Source: Candidatus Saccharimonadota bacterium
GTDB lineage: Bacteria; Patescibacteriota; Gracilibacteria; UBA1369; 2-02-FULL-48-14
NCBI GenBank assembly: GCA_965230905.1
Contig: OZ246396.1
Location: 1,200,001-1,232,000, forward strand
DNA length: 32,000 nucleotides
Direction: 5' to 3'
The notes under the pieces were generated by a model. That model did no database searches. It had not been told where the DNA came from and saw only the letters and a program-made list of their open reading frames with translations. The translations under genes and the position numbers were made by a program. Position 1 is the first letter of the stretch. Each line of letters opens with the position of its first letter. Positions 29,457-32,000 of this stretch are shown one piece after another.

Positions 29457-31907
29457 ATGCTGCTTTACGCTCTTCTCGCCGTTCTAGTTCTAGCCGGGCT
29501 TACCATTGCCCTACTGGTTTTTATACGCTGGGAAGCCAACCGCAAACGCAGCCTCAGCATGACTTTTTTGAAGATCAAAATTCCCAAAAAGGAGTCGAAG
29601 GAAGACCGGGAGTCGGATAGTGATGCCATGGGATCGCAGCGAGACTTTAAGGAAGCGCTGGGCGTGATGAAGCAATTTTTTGAATCCTTGGCGTCACTGG
29701 AAGACCACACCTGGCGACGGCATTTTTTTGGAAACGATTTTATGTCGTGCGAGTACAAAATTCAAAATAATTTGATCGACTTCTACCTGGTGGTTCCGCA
29801 CCATTTGGTGAACATCGTGGAGAAGCAGCTCACGGCGTTTTATCCTGACTGCTACATTGAGGAAGAGCCCGACTACAATCTCTTTCAAAAGGATTCCAAG
29901 AGCGCGTACTGCTATTTCACCACACCTAAAAAATACTCCTATCCGTTTAGAACCTACCAACGGATGACCACCGATCCGCTGAACAACATTGCAAACGTGC
30001 TTTCTAAGCTGGAACCGTATGAAAGCGCGGCGATTCAAATCATGATGCGGCCCGTGCACAATCACTGGCAACACAAAGGACGCAAGCTCGCCAAGAGCGT
30101 GATGGAAGACAAGCATGAAGGATTTTTGCACAATATGAATCCGCTGATGTGGATGGGCGATATGCTCAGCATTTTGTTCCGTGGAGAAGCCGGAAAGGAG
30201 CATGAGGCTGGCGGCGGGCGAACCACTCCTCTGGTGGACGAACAGGTGAAAGCTATTGAAGAAAAGAACACGCAGGTGGGATTTGAAAGTGTGATTCGTT
30301 TGGTGGCGGTTTCCAATGCCCACAATAAGGCGGATGCACTGCTCCACAGTATGAAGAGCGCCTTTGCTCAGTACGGTACCACCGACAACAATTCCCTGGT
30401 CTACCGCGATCACTACCTGGGAAATTTGGTGCATCATTTTTTGATGCGCGATATGCGCCAGCCACTGCGCTTCCACAAAATGATTTTGTGTCCGGAAGAG
30501 CTAGCGAGCCTCTACCACTTGCCCAATATCCGCTACAACCGCGCGCCCACTATCAGCTGGCAGAATTACAAAATTTCACCTCCCCCAACCAATATTCCCG
30601 ACGAAGGGATTTTGCTGGGTCACAATATTTACCGCGGAGTGAAGAAGGAAATCCGCATGAAGAACGAGGATCGCTTCCGACACTTCTACGTGATCGGACA
30701 AACCGGTACTGGTAAATCTTCCGTCTTGCAGGTTATGATTCGCCAGGATTTGCAGAATGGAAAAGGAATCTGTGTGGTGGATCCGCACGGGCAGCTGATC
30801 GACGATATTTTGCCTTTCATTCCCCGTGAACGTGCCGACGATGTGATTTATTTCAACCCTGCCGATTTGGAACGACCACTGGGACTCAATTTGCTCGAAG
30901 CCGACACTCCGGAAGAACGCGATCTAGTGGCCATGGACGCCATGAACATGATGATCAAATTGTTTGATGAAGAAATCTTCGGGCCGCGTATTCAGGATTA
31001 CTTCCGAAACGGGTGTTTGACGCTTATGGAATACAAGGACGGAGGGTGTTTGACCGACATGGTGCGTCTGTTTACGGATGACGATTTTCAATACGAACGC
31101 ACCAAAGATTTGAAAAACCCGATTGTGAAATCGTTCTGGGATCAGCAAATGGCCAAGACCGGGGCGCGTGAAAAACAGGAAATGATTCCGTACTTTGCGG
31201 CGAAATTTGGGCAGTTCGTGACCAACGGAATGATGCGTAACATTATTGGGCAAACCCGCAGCGCCTTTGATTTCAGCCATATTATGGCGAACAACAAGAT
31301 TCTGCTCATGAACCTTTCGAAGGGAGAAACCGGAGACATCAACTCCAAACTGCTGGGTATGATTGTGGTTTCGAAGATTCAAGTGGCGGCCCTGCGCAGG
31401 CAACGGCTCCCCAAAGAAATGCGAAAAGACTTCTTCCTGTACATCGACGAGTTCCAAAACTACGTGACCGATTCCATTGAAGTGATTTTGTCCGAAGCCC
31501 GAAAGTACCGCTTGGGACTCGCGATGGCTCACCAGTATTTGGCTCAGCTGGAGAGTGAAGGTAAAAAAGGAAAGGGAGTGAATTTGAAAGACGCCGTGTT
31601 CGGGAACGTGGGAAGTATTATGGCGTATAAGATTGGTGCGCAGGACGCGGAGTACATGGCCAAGGAAATGGCGCCGGTGTTCAGCGACCAGGATTTGATC
31701 AACATCGACAAGTACAAGGCAGTGATGAAACTCTCTATTGATACGCAGCCTTCGAAGCCGTTTAGCATTGTCCCCTTGAATCCGTATTTGGAGAAAGGCG
31801 ATAACGAGGCGGCGGAAGCGTTCAAACAATTATCACGGCTCAAATTCGGACGTGACCGGGAATTCGTGGAACGCGAGGTGTTTAGGCGTTTGGGTACGGT
31901 GATGTAA
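29457..31907 (+). CDS. membrane-anchored VirD4/TraG/TraD-like (type IV coupling protein-like) P-loop ATPase with a large unassigned N-terminal region
   Basis: 816-aa ORF with an N-terminal TM segment (LLYALLAVLVLAGLTIALLVFI). Walker A is YVIGQTGTGKSS (G414-S421, nt 30696-30719). Walker B is FFLYIDEFQNY (D664-E665, nt 31446-31451). The downstream SEARKYRLGLAMAHQ is typical of FtsK/HerA/TraD-type ATPases. The first 410 aa or so match nothing I recognise. Confidence 0.7.
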   Translation: MLLYALLAVLVLAGLTIALLVFIRWEANRKRSLSMTFLKIKIPKKESKEDRESDSDAMGSQRDFKEALGVMKQFFESLASLEDHTWRRHFFGNDFMSCEYKIQNNLIDFYLVVPHHLVNIVEKQLTAFYPDCYIEEEPDYNLFQKDSKSAYCYFTTPKKYSYPFRTYQRMTTDPLNNIANVLSKLEPYESAAIQIMMRPVHNHWQHKGRKLAKSVMEDKHEGFLHNMNPLMWMGDMLSILFRGEAGKEHEAGGGRTTPLVDEQVKAIEEKNTQVGFESVIRLVAVSNAHNKADALLHSMKSAFAQYGTTDNNSLVYRDHYLGNLVHHFLMRDMRQPLRFHKMILCPEELASLYHLPNIRYNRAPTISWQNYKISPPPTNIPDEGILLGHNIYRGVKKEIRMKNEDRFRHFYVIGQTGTGKSSVLQVMIRQDLQNGKGICVVDPHGQLIDDILPFIPRERADDVIYFNPADLERPLGLNLLEADTPEERDLVAMDAMNMMIKLFDEEIFGPRIQDYFRNGCLTLMEYKDGGCLTDMVRLFTDDDFQYERTKDLKNPIVKSFWDQQMAKTGAREKQEMIPYFAAKFGQFVTNGMMRNIIGQTRSAFDFSHIMANNKILLMNLSKGETGDINSKLLGMIVVSKIQVAALRRQRLPKEMRKDFFLYIDEFQNYVTDSIEVILSEARKYRLGLAMAHQYLAQLESEGKKGKGVNLKDAVFGNVGSIMAYKIGAQDAEYMAKEMAPVFSDQDLINIDKYKAVMKLSIDTQPSKPFSIVPLNPYLEKGDNEAAEAFKQLSRLKFGRDREFVEREVFRRLGTVM

Positions 31908-32000
31908 ACAGCGAGTTTATATAAGACTATATATTCTCAATCCTTCAAGGCCAATGGGCGGCGCGAAGGGCTGTTTTCTGCTATAATTAGGAGAAAGCAA

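Noticed and set aside
29023-29487. 154-aa plus-strand ORF overlapping the acidic lipoprotein in another frame
   Set aside because: The T-rich translation is a by-product of the GAC/TAC/TCC-rich repeats. The 28968 frame has a canonical signal peptide and lipobox, and a repeat structure that is in frame.
29694-30476. 260-aa minus-strand ORF inside the ATPase gene
   Set aside because: It is antisense to the 816-aa ORF that carries Walker A and B motifs. The composition is typical of an antisense frame.
30924-31829. 301-aa minus-strand ORF inside the ATPase gene
   Set aside because: Same reasoning as above. It overlaps the P-loop ATPase core on the opposite strand and has no motif.
31979-31993. 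TGCTATAAT followed 2 nt later by AGGAG at the window edge
   Set aside because: The -10 and the SD are too close to serve the same transcript, and the downstream gene lies outside the window. It cannot be interpreted.
1-32000. CRISPR arrays, IS elements, integrases, rRNA and long dispersed repeats
   Set aside because: Reading all intergenic regions and ORF translations turned up no repeat-spacer periodicity, no transposase or integrase motifs, and no rRNA-like sequence. Only short intragenic duplications were found. Dispersed repeats shorter than about 20 nt could have been missed by eye.

Overview
Gene-dense (about 90% coding) bacterial chromosomal segment. I found no rRNA, CRISPR array, integrase or transposase.

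**Backbone.** Recognisable housekeeping genes at roughly 55-60% GC:
- class I/II aminotransferase and archaeal-type PEP carboxylase (ppcA)
- dcd
- a translationally overlapped purB-purE-purC block, and purA
- MFS DHA2 exporter, thpR/ligT-like and PEBP genes
- valS, dnaE, aspS, a NadD-like nucleotidyltransferase and a HIT hydrolase
- a sigma-region-4 / tandem HARE-HTH protein
- one tRNA-Leu(UAG)

**Orphans.** AT-richer ORFs (35-47% GC on hand-counted 60-nt lines) with no family I can name are interleaved with the backbone.

**Likely source.** Gene content and style suggest a small-genome uncultivated lineage, CPR/Patescibacteria-like. The cues are archaeal-type PEPC, an apparent class II PurE, the sigma4+HARE-HTH protein, many -10 boxes 6-10 nt from start codons, few Shine-Dalgarno sites, and abutting convergent genes. 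This is inference only.

**Candidates for something new, best first:**
1. 28302-31907: a small 2-TM protein, two extremely acidic lipoproteins (one with a 63-aa Cys-containing internal repeat), and an 816-aa membrane-anchored VirD4/TraG-like P-loop ATPase whose unassigned N-terminal region is about 410 aa. The locus runs off the window.
2. 4179-5787: a two-gene AT-richer cassette. Its 346-aa protein carries a CX3CX2C plus GQGE pattern spaced like a radical-SAM core.
3. 8564-11209: a decayed accessory islet. It holds an orphan ORF, a 3-methyladenine-glycosylase gene remnant, a PIN toxin with a 49-aa antitoxin candidate absent from the ORF track, a tRNA-like remnant, and a 282-aa His-rich/Gly-tailed orphan.
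4. 19590-21812: a tightly packed operon of sigma4/HARE-HTH, HIT and two orphans, one a zinc ribbon.

All functional calls rest on motifs read by eye. No searches were run.
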